Part shown: piece by piece, positions 1 through 8,629 of the stretch
Layout: each line of letters starts with the position of its first letter
Numbering within the stretch: position 1 is the first letter of the stretch
Origin: a virus
Taxonomy: Duplodnaviria; Caudoviricetes
Reading direction: 5' to 3' (one strand)
IMG/VR virus record: IMGVR_UViG_3300006029_000082
Coordinates: 1 to 25,311 of that record
DNA length: 25,311 nt
The notes under the pieces: generated by a model
The model's input: only the letters and a program-made list of their open reading frames with translations
Told to the model about the DNA's origin: nothing
Database searches by the model: none
Made by a program: the position numbers and the translations under genes

Positions 1-94
1 CCGAGTAATCTTGAGCAGGAAAAATGGGTTTGTAAGTAGGCTTAGAATTAATAATATTTTGACGTGTTGTTCTCCACGCGTCTAGCAATCCCAT
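1..94 (-). CDS. 5' end of a gene downstream of portal (runs off window), N-terminus MGLLDAWRTTRQNIINSKPTYKPIFPAQDYS
   Basis: Translated by hand; ATG overlaps the portal stop (TAATG), AGAGGG upstream, frame open to the window edge; not in the ORF track. Confidence 0.75.
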   Translation of the reverse strand, partial: MGLLDAWRTTRQNIINSKPTYKPIFPAQDYS

Positions 95-2265
95 TACTCT
101 ACCCTCTTATCATTTTCAATTGATTGATGTTCCAGCCTCTCTCTCGCCAAACTCGCCTCGACTTCAAGTTTTGCACTACCGCTTTCAGCATCAGCGGCGA
201 TTTGTGCGGCTGTTTGTTCCATATCCGCAGAAATCTTCTCTCTTTCAATCGCAAGTTTTTGCTCCAGTTCCATAACTTTCAATTGCATTTCTTGCTGTTT
301 AATTTCCATATCAGCCTGTAACTCTTGCATCTTTTCACTATGGTCAATCTGCATTTCTTCGCGTTTTATAATTAGCTTATCGTTTTCGATTTTCATCTGC
401 GACTGCATAAACATTTCATTTGCGTCTGGTTTTGGTGGCGGTATGTCAGACCCGTCTGGGGCTGGTTGTGTAAAATATTTCTCTGCTTCAACCCCGCCTT
501 CTTTAACTAAGTCAACGAGTGCAGAATAAACATTTTGACGCGATACAATTGACCCACTGTCAAAACCCATATTTGCCGCAAGTTCCTTCTGGGCATTGAG
601 GACATTTGTTAAAGCCGACACGCGCATTTCGTCGTTGCCATGACCAAGACCAACCATAACCGTGACGTCGTATTCCGTATTCCAATTCCGTGGATCCATT
701 GGCACCCATTGATTATTTAATCGGATTACGCGCTCTTGGTTTTGATGCATTGAAACGCATTTCAATATTTTTTTGAATAAATCTTTTACGCCACCATCAG
801 CAAATAACCGACCAATCATTTCGATACGCTGTTGCGACATATTGAGCATTAATTTTACGCCCGTCGCAGTTTGGTTTGGATTTAAAGAATCCTGATCAAG
901 TCCCTGAGAATGTTTTGTGACGCCAGTGCGAACTTCTTTTATTTGATCTGCATATTCTAACGCCGATAATACATCTCCGCCTACCGGAGCGGCTGTCATT
1001 TCTCTGACCATGCCTGGCTGTTTGACGCGTACAATTCCTCCAGGGCGACTATTCAATAAGTCGTCCATATTACACATACCTTCAACCACTTCAGTCCGGT
1101 GGTTATTCTGTAAGTATATGTTGTCGAGTAAATTACGTAGTAAACTTGTTTTTACATCTTGGATCATAAAAGTTTGATCTGCTATCGACATACCAAAAAA
1201 TCGGTGTGGCATTGGTATTGGAACAATTGTCGAAAATGGTGGCTCTTCAACTTCTTCTTCATCTAAGATTAGATAACTGCCGGAACCACCAGCTAAGACG
1301 CGTATCCACTCCGCGATGCCGTCGCCGTTGCGGTCAGCTTTTAAATAACAATCATAAAGCCAAATCTCACGACGTGTTGGGTCATACGAATCTTCGCCTG
1401 TATGACTGCCACCAAAATCAGCGTCGTCAATTTGCTCTCGCAATAATTTTTCAGTTGTAAAATCTTCTTCATCGAGTGTCGGTATTTGATCGACTAAACT
1501 TTGCTTATATCCGAGGGCAATTAAATCTGAGGCGGTGTAACGAGTTCGACTGGCGACAAAATTAGCTTCATCGAGAGTGCGCGCTTTCCGCTCTATGTAA
1601 AAATCTTCCGGTGCAACTGTCTCGACGACGCAACGTCCTTTTGTTTTTGTACGACGAATTTTTACTGAGTGTCCACTCGAATAAGAAGGTGTTGAAGCGG
1701 GAGCCACATCGCCGTCGAATAACCCCAGTTCGGCGGACATTTGCTCCTCATAGGAATGCTCAACCGCCTCAACCTCTGGATCAGCTAAAAGAAGTGTTAC
1801 TTCTTCCATGCTCAAATTTTCATACGTCTCAGTCGTGACGTCTTTTTTATTTTCGTAATAAGTTTTAAAAATGCCAATGCCTGATAGCAAAGCATCTTTG
1901 AACCCTTCGTGCAGTAGTTGCACTCCAGGGTTATCTTTTAAAAATATATGATTTACATATTTGGTTGCTTGCTCGGCACTTGCCTCGTCTTCAGGGCCGA
2001 CAGGCGCAAACTTTACAACTTCGCCGGAGCCCGTGAAGGGTTTTAACAAACTTGGAAGCATTGATTCAACCGTATCCATAACATCAGACGATATTACAGC
2101 CGAGCGACCCTCAACTTCATTACCCATTGGATACGACAAATAATATTCCAAAGCCTTTTCACGTCGACGCTGTAACTCGCCACCGTGATACCCAGCACTT
2201 GTGCGAATACCTTCGGCGATCAGTGACTTCAGTGTTTCTTTGGTAACCTTTTTACGTTTAGCCAT
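94..2265 (-). CDS. Phage portal protein with long C-terminal coiled coil
   Basis: 723 aa; GNEVEGRSAVISSDVMDTVE, PMPHRFFGMSIAD, RNLLDNIY, TATGV motifs typical of podovirus-type portals; located downstream of terL. Confidence 0.9.
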   Translation of the reverse strand: MAKRKKVTKETLKSLIAEGIRTSAGYHGGELQRRREKALEYYLSYPMGNEVEGRSAVISSDVMDTVESMLPSLLKPFTGSGEVVKFAPVGPEDEASAEQATKYVNHIFLKDNPGVQLLHEGFKDALLSGIGIFKTYYENKKDVTTETYENLSMEEVTLLLADPEVEAVEHSYEEQMSAELGLFDGDVAPASTPSYSSGHSVKIRRTKTKGRCVVETVAPEDFYIERKARTLDEANFVASRTRYTASDLIALGYKQSLVDQIPTLDEEDFTTEKLLREQIDDADFGGSHTGEDSYDPTRREIWLYDCYLKADRNGDGIAEWIRVLAGGSGSYLILDEEEVEEPPFSTIVPIPMPHRFFGMSIADQTFMIQDVKTSLLRNLLDNIYLQNNHRTEVVEGMCNMDDLLNSRPGGIVRVKQPGMVREMTAAPVGGDVLSALEYADQIKEVRTGVTKHSQGLDQDSLNPNQTATGVKLMLNMSQQRIEMIGRLFADGGVKDLFKKILKCVSMHQNQERVIRLNNQWVPMDPRNWNTEYDVTVMVGLGHGNDEMRVSALTNVLNAQKELAANMGFDSGSIVSRQNVYSALVDLVKEGGVEAEKYFTQPAPDGSDIPPPKPDANEMFMQSQMKIENDKLIIKREEMQIDHSEKMQELQADMEIKQQEMQLKVMELEQKLAIEREKISADMEQTAAQIAADAESGSAKLEVEASLARERLEHQSIENDKRVE

Positions 2266-2490
2266 TTAACCTACTAACTGAGCCGCCGCTTTTGCCGCTT
2301 CTTTTGAGTAAGGGCCGTGATCGACAATATTTCCGTCATTGTCAGCCAACGCCCACTTTCCGAAATGTAAATGTTTAGGGGTTAATACTCCTACCACGCT
2401 TGAAGCATCTTTTTTTTCATCTAGACGCCTTTCAAGCGCGTCTACTCTTTTCAATAATTCTTGGTAGGCAACTTCTAATCTAATTGACAT
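2266..2490 (-). CDS. Small hypothetical protein (74 aa)
   Basis: AAGGA RBS, abuts the portal start, short N-terminal coiled coil. Confidence 0.7.
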   Translation of the reverse strand: MSIRLEVAYQELLKRVDALERRLDEKKDASSVVGVLTPKHLHFGKWALADNDGNIVDHGPYSKEAAKAAAQLVG

Positions 2491-2504
2491 TTGGGGGTTC
2501 CTTT

Positions 2505-4049
2505 TTAGTTAAATTCGTCGTCTGGCATCATCGCGTTTGCACCTAATAATCCGACGGCTCCGTAAATAGGTATTTTACTTTTAATTATGCCTTCAGTTAA
2601 AACTTGTTTTGGGGTTAAACCTGTCACCCGTGATGTTCTTTCGATTGCTTGATTAACTTCTTCAATCATTGGACGTGAGCCAGGATACCTTGCACCCTCT
2701 CTCGCTTTTTTTGCCCCTGCCCAAGCAACTTCTTGAAATTCTCTTGGAGAAATTCCATGTTTTTTTGCTAAATTAATAACAACTTCTTCATACGCGCCAT
2801 AACTGTCACCTTGAGGCATTTGTAACTTCGGATCGAAAAGTTGGCTCATTTGTTTATCAACTGTCGCGCTAGATTTGTCTCCAAGGAAATTATTTTGGAA
2901 ATTGAATCGTTTTGGGTCTGCTGTATCAATGCCCTTGTCGGCAAATTTTTTATACATATTGATATTGCCAGCGATATACTGCCCACCCGCTGGGAACGGC
3001 ATATCGTAAGCATTTTCCGGGTATGGAATATTATTTTCTTTCAAAAAATTACCATACATCGCTGTTCGTAAATTTTCTTTAGGAGCCGCTCCGCCAGTCG
3101 TCGCCGCCATTGGTTGTGCAAATTTTTCTTTGAACGCTTTACGCCCTGCATCTGGGCCTAACTCTTTTATAAACGCCTCTTCTAACTGCCTCATGTAATA
3201 CCAGTTATTAGAATTTTTTATTTTCGTGCCTTCTTTAAAAGCATCTTCTAATCGAGCAATCCCGTCTGGGTGTTGCGCCCTTAAACGAGCAGTTGCTCTT
3301 GTCTCAGGTTTTTTTGCCCAAGAATCTTTTTGAGTGCTTGAGCCGATCTTATAAGGTTTAGGATTAACATCCGATCTTTTACTAACATCGAACATTGGAG
3401 TGTAGTTACCCGCGTCAATATCTTTTTGAGCTTTGGTAACTTGTTTCGATATAGCAAGTGCTTCTGGAGAATTTTGTTTTGATGGAAATACAAGCGTTGC
3501 CGGATACTCTTCACCAGCTTCTACTTTTTCATCCCAACGATATTGTTTATCAGCCGAAGTTCCCAGTTTTTTCTTCGCCAACTCTTTTTGAGTTTGTTTA
3601 AAAACAGGTGGCACAACTGGTGGGTATGTTGGTAGCGGTTGTGGTACACTGTCAGTATTTGACAAGACAGGAACGCCACTAGAGGCGGGTTGCGGCTCTC
3701 CACTACCAGCTTTTACATTACCAGTTTTTGCATCCCCTAACAATCCTTTTTTTACACCTTCTTTTATACCAGCGACTGTTCCTGGCACTGGTATCATTGC
3801 AATACCCGCACCCGCCATGCCTAACTTTGCAAGCGCATCTAAATAATCACCGCGACCAAATGCTTCACCGGATGCGCGGCTGTCGTTGACTATTCCTTTT
3901 ATGTCAGCCTGTGGGCCGACTATATCTGCGCCACCTAATAAGCCAGTTTTCATTTGTTGATATGTCGGCACATTTAACCCAAGGCGTCGACCAACATCAA
4001 TAGGATCAGGGATACGATAATCGTATAATTTATCTAATAAACCCGCCAT
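2505..4049 (-). CDS. MAGLLD-leader protein with C-terminal HhH-GPD/DNA-glycosylase-like domain
   Basis: GAGGA RBS; motifs NWYY, MAATT..P.EN, PKRFNFQNNFLGD..ATVD, Y..LAKKHGISPREFQEVAW recall a phage HhH-fold family; Gly/Ala-rich hydrophobic N-terminal region and Pro-rich linker. Confidence 0.55.
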   Translation of the reverse strand: MAGLLDKLYDYRIPDPIDVGRRLGLNVPTYQQMKTGLLGGADIVGPQADIKGIVNDSRASGEAFGRGDYLDALAKLGMAGAGIAMIPVPGTVAGIKEGVKKGLLGDAKTGNVKAGSGEPQPASSGVPVLSNTDSVPQPLPTYPPVVPPVFKQTQKELAKKKLGTSADKQYRWDEKVEAGEEYPATLVFPSKQNSPEALAISKQVTKAQKDIDAGNYTPMFDVSKRSDVNPKPYKIGSSTQKDSWAKKPETRATARLRAQHPDGIARLEDAFKEGTKIKNSNNWYYMRQLEEAFIKELGPDAGRKAFKEKFAQPMAATTGGAAPKENLRTAMYGNFLKENNIPYPENAYDMPFPAGGQYIAGNINMYKKFADKGIDTADPKRFNFQNNFLGDKSSATVDKQMSQLFDPKLQMPQGDSYGAYEEVVINLAKKHGISPREFQEVAWAGAKKAREGARYPGSRPMIEEVNQAIERTSRVTGLTPKQVLTEGIIKSKIPIYGAVGLLGANAMMPDDEFN

Positions 4050-4059
4050 GTGATCCTCA

Positions 4060-5214
4060 TTATATAAATGGTACGCCAGAGTTTATTTCTTGCTGGTACT
4101 TATTTTTATTTCTTTGTAATACTTTCACACGATCCAACACGTCTTGATCCCAAGTGACATAATTGCGAGTAGCGTTTGGTTGCGTTCCAATACGGCTCTG
4201 CTCATCCAAGAAACGAGTGCCAGGAATACCCACGCTTTTTAAAAATTCTGAAGCCTTCTCTGGGCTTCCGTGAATATCTATTAGTTTTCTATAAATTTCC
4301 GCTCCACTTGCGGCATCTCCAGAGTTTTTTATTTCAAACATAGACGCATCATTTCCAAATGATTTTAATAAATTATCAGCCTCTTCTTGAGTTGCAAATT
4401 TTTGAGATACTGGTTCTTTTTGCCCTTTAGGATAAACTCTAAAATTAGGTTCCATAATTCCGCTGAGAGCTTGTTTAATAAAATTAGGTTGTGCGCTTAA
4501 CGGTGCGTCCCAATCTAAATACTTCGCAATATCTTCGTCTGGGATGTCTAATTTGTAAAGTTGAGATTTTGTAGGAATTTTCCCTAATTCGTCCGCTACA
4601 CGGTTTGCCGTGCTTTTCATTGATTCGTCATAATCGGCAGTATTGTAACGCTTGCGAAGTTCACTAGGAGTTTCATGCATCATCGCATTTTCCCAAACCT
4701 CCATTGCCTCATAATCTTCACTTCTTTCGGCTTGCTTATATTTTTGCATCATGATTTCTTCGGCATCGTAATCTCTTGGCGAATACTGTTTTGCAACATT
4801 AGGTTTTTCCGCACTATAAAAACCATGACCATAAGCCTGATTTCCCTCACCTGACCCTATCTTATCCAAGCGAGGCCGTCCCTGTGGATACCCTGGCTCG
4901 GGTTTCCATTTGTTGGGGCCGCCATGATACAGGTTCATTCCCACAGTCGATGAGGGTCGGGCTGGAGATAATAAGCTCGGTAAACTAATCGTACCAGCCG
5001 CATCAAAGACACTTTTAAAAGCGGGGTGAGTTACTGGTGCATTAGCTGGCAGTCTCATTGCCGTGCCTAAATTATCAAAACTTTTTGCCGCATCGATCAG
5101 CAGACCTGGGTAAGTCATTTGACCCCGTCCCGTTTTATCATAGCCGAAGGGATAAAAACTTCCCCTACTCACTATATTTGGGTCAGGTGCCATTAAATCT
5201 AATAAACCCGCCAT
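4060..5214 (-). CDS. MAGLLD-leader protein with ADP-ribosyltransferase-like (polyvalent-protein ART type) domain
   Basis: LYHGG..KIGSGEGNQAYGHGFYSAE..VAKQY..LYKLDIP..LDWDAPL..GIPGTRFLD..NYVTWD, a pattern recurrent in phage large polyvalent proteins. Confidence 0.65.
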   Translation of the reverse strand: MAGLLDLMAPDPNIVSRGSFYPFGYDKTGRGQMTYPGLLIDAAKSFDNLGTAMRLPANAPVTHPAFKSVFDAAGTISLPSLLSPARPSSTVGMNLYHGGPNKWKPEPGYPQGRPRLDKIGSGEGNQAYGHGFYSAEKPNVAKQYSPRDYDAEEIMMQKYKQAERSEDYEAMEVWENAMMHETPSELRKRYNTADYDESMKSTANRVADELGKIPTKSQLYKLDIPDEDIAKYLDWDAPLSAQPNFIKQALSGIMEPNFRVYPKGQKEPVSQKFATQEEADNLLKSFGNDASMFEIKNSGDAASGAEIYRKLIDIHGSPEKASEFLKSVGIPGTRFLDEQSRIGTQPNATRNYVTWDQDVLDRVKVLQRNKNKYQQEINSGVPFI

Positions 5215-5232
5215 AAAAACACCCTTAAAATA

Positions 5233-5285
5233 ATATCAACAAATATGATATTCGCTATTGACTAATTGTGACAAGTCACTATTAT
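5233..5285 (+). promoter_or_regulatory. Sigma70-type promoter with two operator-like palindromes
   Basis: ATATCA-N7-TGATAT 5233-5251; TTGACT 5258-5263, 16-bp spacer containing GTGACAAGTCAC (5268-5279), TATTAT 5280-5285. Confidence 0.75.
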
Positions 5286-5319
5286 ACTCCTATAAACGAA
5301 ATACTTAGGAGAAGACAAA

Positions 5320-5802
5320 ATGATTACGAGATACAAAATTGAAGAAACAACTACAGTTCCAAGCAACCCAAACGATGAGGCTACAATTTACGTTTCAGAA
5401 CTTTTTAATTCTGTAAAAGAAGCGCAAGCATTTATTGATAAACGAAATGTCCTTCACGCAGAAATCGTTCGTGAATATAAAATAATTGATGTTGTTTGTG
5501 GTTACGCAAATAACAGTGGTTACAGCGACATTCACCCATACGAAATTGTTAAAGTTATTTCTGATAAAACAATAGAAATCAGAGAAATGGACGCTGAAGA
5601 ATTACCTTGGAAGCGTGATTTTCACGAAGGTGGTTTTTTCGGACATACAGCAAATCAAGACAAACAAAAATGGGATATTAAACCCAACGCAAAAAAACAA
5701 CCGATAAAAGCACAATTAAAAAAAGATGGCTACTTTCACTCAAATGTTGGGAAACATTACATCGAAGCAGAGCCTCGCAGATTTTACGATTACAATTTTT
5801 AA
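5320..5802 (+). CDS. Phage hypothetical protein (160 aa)
   Basis: AGGAG RBS; YSDIHPYEIVKV..GGF.GH..NQ..Q.W..PRRFYDYNF pattern familiar from phage accessory genes. Confidence 0.8.
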   Translation: MITRYKIEETTTVPSNPNDEATIYVSELFNSVKEAQAFIDKRNVLHAEIVREYKIIDVVCGYANNSGYSDIHPYEIVKVISDKTIEIREMDAEELPWKRDFHEGGFFGHTANQDKQKWDIKPNAKKQPIKAQLKKDGYFHSNVGKHYIEAEPRRFYDYNF

Positions 5803-5864
5803 AACAAACCAGGCGGCGGGTTAACACCCCCGCCACCCCTTTAAACAAATAGGAGATCGACAAA

Positions 5865-6218
5865 ATGACCTCACCAACAGAACTCAAAATGACCTTACCA
5901 ACAGAAATGATGGACGCTTGCCCTTTTGATAATATTTTTGTTTGTTCTGATATTGATGAACAAACAAATGAAAAAATCTGGTTAATTAAAATTCCATTGA
6001 TGAGGGGGTCAGATTGCCTCACTGTAAATAAAAAATTTACATCACGTTTTAGCGCAGAAATTTGGGGTGCCAAAAATTTAACTGTTCAAGCACTTGTAAA
6101 TTTTGTTCTTGAATCAAATGATTTTCAAGAACGAATTTTTAACTGTTGGCCCCCTTTTGAAGACGATCGTGGGATTGATTTAGACGTTTTGCTTTGTTCC
6201 TCCAGAATAGACACTTAA
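5865..6218 (+). CDS. Hypothetical protein (117 aa)
   Basis: TAGGAG RBS; follows the previous gene after a hairpin. Confidence 0.75.
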   Translation: MTSPTELKMTLPTEMMDACPFDNIFVCSDIDEQTNEKIWLIKIPLMRGSDCLTVNKKFTSRFSAEIWGAKNLTVQALVNFVLESNDFQERIFNCWPPFEDDRGIDLDVLLCSSRIDT

Positions 6219-6234
6219 TAATAATCAACCAAAA

Positions 6235-6262
6235 TAACCCCCCTCACTCAATTGGGGGGTTA
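6235..6262. terminator. Hairpin at convergence of the + island and terL transcription
   Basis: TAACCCCCC-N10-GGGGGGTTA with A/T-rich flanks. Confidence 0.5.
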
Positions 6263-6369
6263 ATAATTTTAACCTTACATCTTTTACAAACTAAGACCCT
6301 GTCCTCAGTGTCAGGGTCAAATTTATGCCACATAAAATAACAATAAATACTGCAACAAAAATTAGACAA
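6244..6369 (-). CDS. Possible small Cys/His zinc-binding protein (41 aa)
   Basis: TTG start overlapping the terL end; IYCYFMWHKF..LVCKRCK (C-x4-H..C-x2-C); start uncertain. Confidence 0.35.
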   Translation of the reverse strand: MSNFCCSIYCYFMWHKFDPDTEDRVLVCKRCKVKIINPPIE

Positions 6370-7681
6370 ATTGGTTACTGTTTGGGTAATCCAATTTAGA
6401 CTTCCACGGCTTACGATATGCACCGAACGACGCCATGCCTTCACGGTATCCGACACAAAGATAACGCATCGCATCGGCAAAATGCGAGTTATCGTCATGT
6501 AGCGGTAAACCAGACGTCTCTTTAACGCGATAATTTTTTAATGCCTTCAACAAGTCATGGCAATGAGTAGAGCTAATCCAAACACGAGGTAATAAAGCGC
6601 GTACCGCCTCAATCCCTTCGGCAACTTTTCGCATAGGGACAATGGTAGGATTGATACCAAGTTGACGGAGTATGTCAGAGCGGCGTTGTGCAGTTGCTCC
6701 AAGTATTCTGGTATCCGTGTCGTGAGGAAATAAATGATCGCCATAACTATACCCTTTATCAAATGCTCGTTGCTGTAATACCTGGACGTAGTGTGCTAGA
6801 CCCTCACCGGATGCCTGATAATCGTCAACGATCCTTATCTGTGATCCAGACGTCTCTTGCCAAAATATAACCGTTGTCTTATCTCGGACACCTAAATCCC
6901 AGCTTGTGTTTACAAGTAAATTTTCGTCGTGTGGTACGTTTCCAATGCGCTCTTCATGCTCGGCCTTTGCGAGTTGCTCGGCGTAGTACGCGCCCGTGAT
7001 TGAGGCCGTCCAGTCGCACTCCATTTCCTGACGATATATATTGTCGGATAACTGCTCTTTCAGTTCGTCGAGTTCTTCCTGCGGCAGTACATTCGTCTTA
7101 CTGGCTGGAAATAAACAGGCAAACCACTTTGAGTTTCCGGCGTCCATTTCGGCCTTTGCTTGGTCGTAGATGGCCTTAAATGCGTCGTCGCCCTTTGGCG
7201 TCCCTATCCATAAAACTTTGCCCTGGCGGTCTGCAATAGCTGGCCTGACAATAGACGGAAACACCTTTGCGCTGATGTCTGCATACTCATCAAAAATTAC
7301 GGCGTCTAAAAATAAGCCTCGGATTTGTTCCGACGAATCATTAGAGCCTGATAGTAGATGTATTGTTATACGCCCAGTCGGGTGGGGTATTTCGACCCTG
7401 AGTTTAGCGGCGTTATATTTAACCCCTGGGAACATCTCTGTAGCGTCCTTCACGTACTGAAATGCGACCTTCTCAGCCTGACTAAAGGTTGGTGCTATAT
7501 AAGCCCCCTGCGGGTTTTTGTGGACGCATTCAAACAGCGATCTAACGAGCCAGTGTATCGCCATATACGTCTTGCCAAAACGACGATGCATCACGCAGAC
7601 ATTATAGCGTGTGGAGTTGTCGTGGAATTTCTTTTGTAGCGGCCTCGGTGTATATGGGACGATTATTTTTTTAGGGGGCAT
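6362..7681 (-). CDS. terL: Terminase large subunit
   Basis: Walker A HRRFGKT, Walker B AVIFDE, coupling motif IGTP, nuclease SWDLG and SHFADAMRY. Confidence 0.95.
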   Translation of the reverse strand: MPPKKIIVPYTPRPLQKKFHDNSTRYNVCVMHRRFGKTYMAIHWLVRSLFECVHKNPQGAYIAPTFSQAEKVAFQYVKDATEMFPGVKYNAAKLRVEIPHPTGRITIHLLSGSNDSSEQIRGLFLDAVIFDEYADISAKVFPSIVRPAIADRQGKVLWIGTPKGDDAFKAIYDQAKAEMDAGNSKWFACLFPASKTNVLPQEELDELKEQLSDNIYRQEMECDWTASITGAYYAEQLAKAEHEERIGNVPHDENLLVNTSWDLGVRDKTTVIFWQETSGSQIRIVDDYQASGEGLAHYVQVLQQRAFDKGYSYGDHLFPHDTDTRILGATAQRRSDILRQLGINPTIVPMRKVAEGIEAVRALLPRVWISSTHCHDLLKALKNYRVKETSGLPLHDDNSHFADAMRYLCVGYREGMASFGAYRKPWKSKLDYPNSNQFV

Positions 7682-7692
7682 ATGGCACCAAT

Positions 7693-7794
7693 TTACTTAC
7701 CCTTTTTTTTACCCATAATTTTTTTTACACCCTTTTTATTTTTTTTGGGTGGGCGTCCTACATTTTTTCCGTATGTTCCTTTTCCTTGTGGCAT
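7693..7794 (-). CDS. 33-aa very basic peptide MPQGKGTYGKNVGRPPKKNKKGVKKIMGKKKGK
   Basis: Translated by hand; AAGGA RBS; AT-hook-like GRPPK; below the ORF-track cutoff. Confidence 0.75.
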   Translation of the reverse strand: MPQGKGTYGKNVGRPPKKNKKGVKKIMGKKKGK

Positions 7795-8039
7795 TTATTT
7801 TCCTTTCCGAAAACTTGTGTGTTCTGCCTGTTTGTATCCTACCATCATCATCGCCGAGCCGTGGCCCCAGGGCGGTGCGGGCTCGGATAAAGGGGGGGTG
7901 CCTTTTTGTCGCATAATGCATTATATGGTAAATAGGTTATTGTTTGTTATCAATGACTTAACATTTATTGCGATATTATGAACGTTATTTTATGCTAAAA
8001 ACACAAGATGTTGTGTCTAACATTCGTTCGATCCAACGA

Positions 8040-8501
8040 TTAATTGAGCTTGGATTTCCCTGATTTCGCGCGCGAAACTTGCGTTTGACGTCCGTCAAAT
8101 GCGGGTTCATTTGCCACGCTCTCACTATCATCAGCCCAAGCAATTGTGTAACTTCCTATCGTACCTTTGACTTCGACTGATTGTTTACTTTCAGCTTTTA
8201 ATACTGGTATTAACTTCTCAGCTTTCCATCGATAATGATTTAACATCTTGTCAGCCTTAATCACTTCGTCGCGTGTTGTTGCTACTCGGATCAACGTCTC
8301 GCTCTCTTGTAGCAACGTCTCAACATTCTGTATCAATGCTTGCTTGTAATCTTCAGCGAGTTCTTTATCAGCTTGCCGCCATCGCCAGAAATTACTTTGA
8401 TCTGGGAAACCATCGCGACCATTACAAATGTCTTTTAGAAATTCTCCGTCACCAAACCTAAGTAAGATTTGCTTGCAGATTTCCGCATTTTTCTTAGCCA
8501 A
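8040..8501 (-). CDS. terS: Terminase small subunit (Sf6-like HTH N-terminus)
   Basis: ICKQILLRFGDGEFLKDIC..FPDQSNFWRW..Y..A, RWKAEKL; start probably TTG 8501 (GGAG 6 nt upstream) rather than ATG 8513. Confidence 0.85.
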   Translation of the reverse strand: MAKKNAEICKQILLRFGDGEFLKDICNGRDGFPDQSNFWRWRQADKELAEDYKQALIQNVETLLQESETLIRVATTRDEVIKADKMLNHYRWKAEKLIPVLKAESKQSVEVKGTIGSYTIAWADDSESVANEPAFDGRQTQVSRAKSGKSKLN

Positions 8502-8513
8502 CGTAATCTCCAT

Positions 8514-8548
8514 AAAAAAATCCTTGGTCTAATTTTAGACGCAAGGAT
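8514..8548 (-). terminator. Intrinsic terminator in front of terS
   Basis: ATCCTTG-C-GTCTAA-AA-TTAGAC-CAAGGAT followed by TTTTTT. Confidence 0.6.
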
Positions 8549-8629
8549 ACACGCAATATTTTAAAGCAATACCGAATTATGTCTACTAATCGTTTAACAA
8601 ATATTAGTTCGCAAAATAACATATTGTTT

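Noticed and set aside
124-3703. Short antisense or alternative-frame ORFs within portal and the 514-aa gene (and similar ones elsewhere)
   Set aside because: Fully nested in long well-supported genes, with no RBS or motifs
7682-7981. ORFs 7682-7981(+) and 7736-7921(-)
   Set aside because: Shadow or alternative frames of the Lys-rich 33-aa gene; low complexity, no RBS
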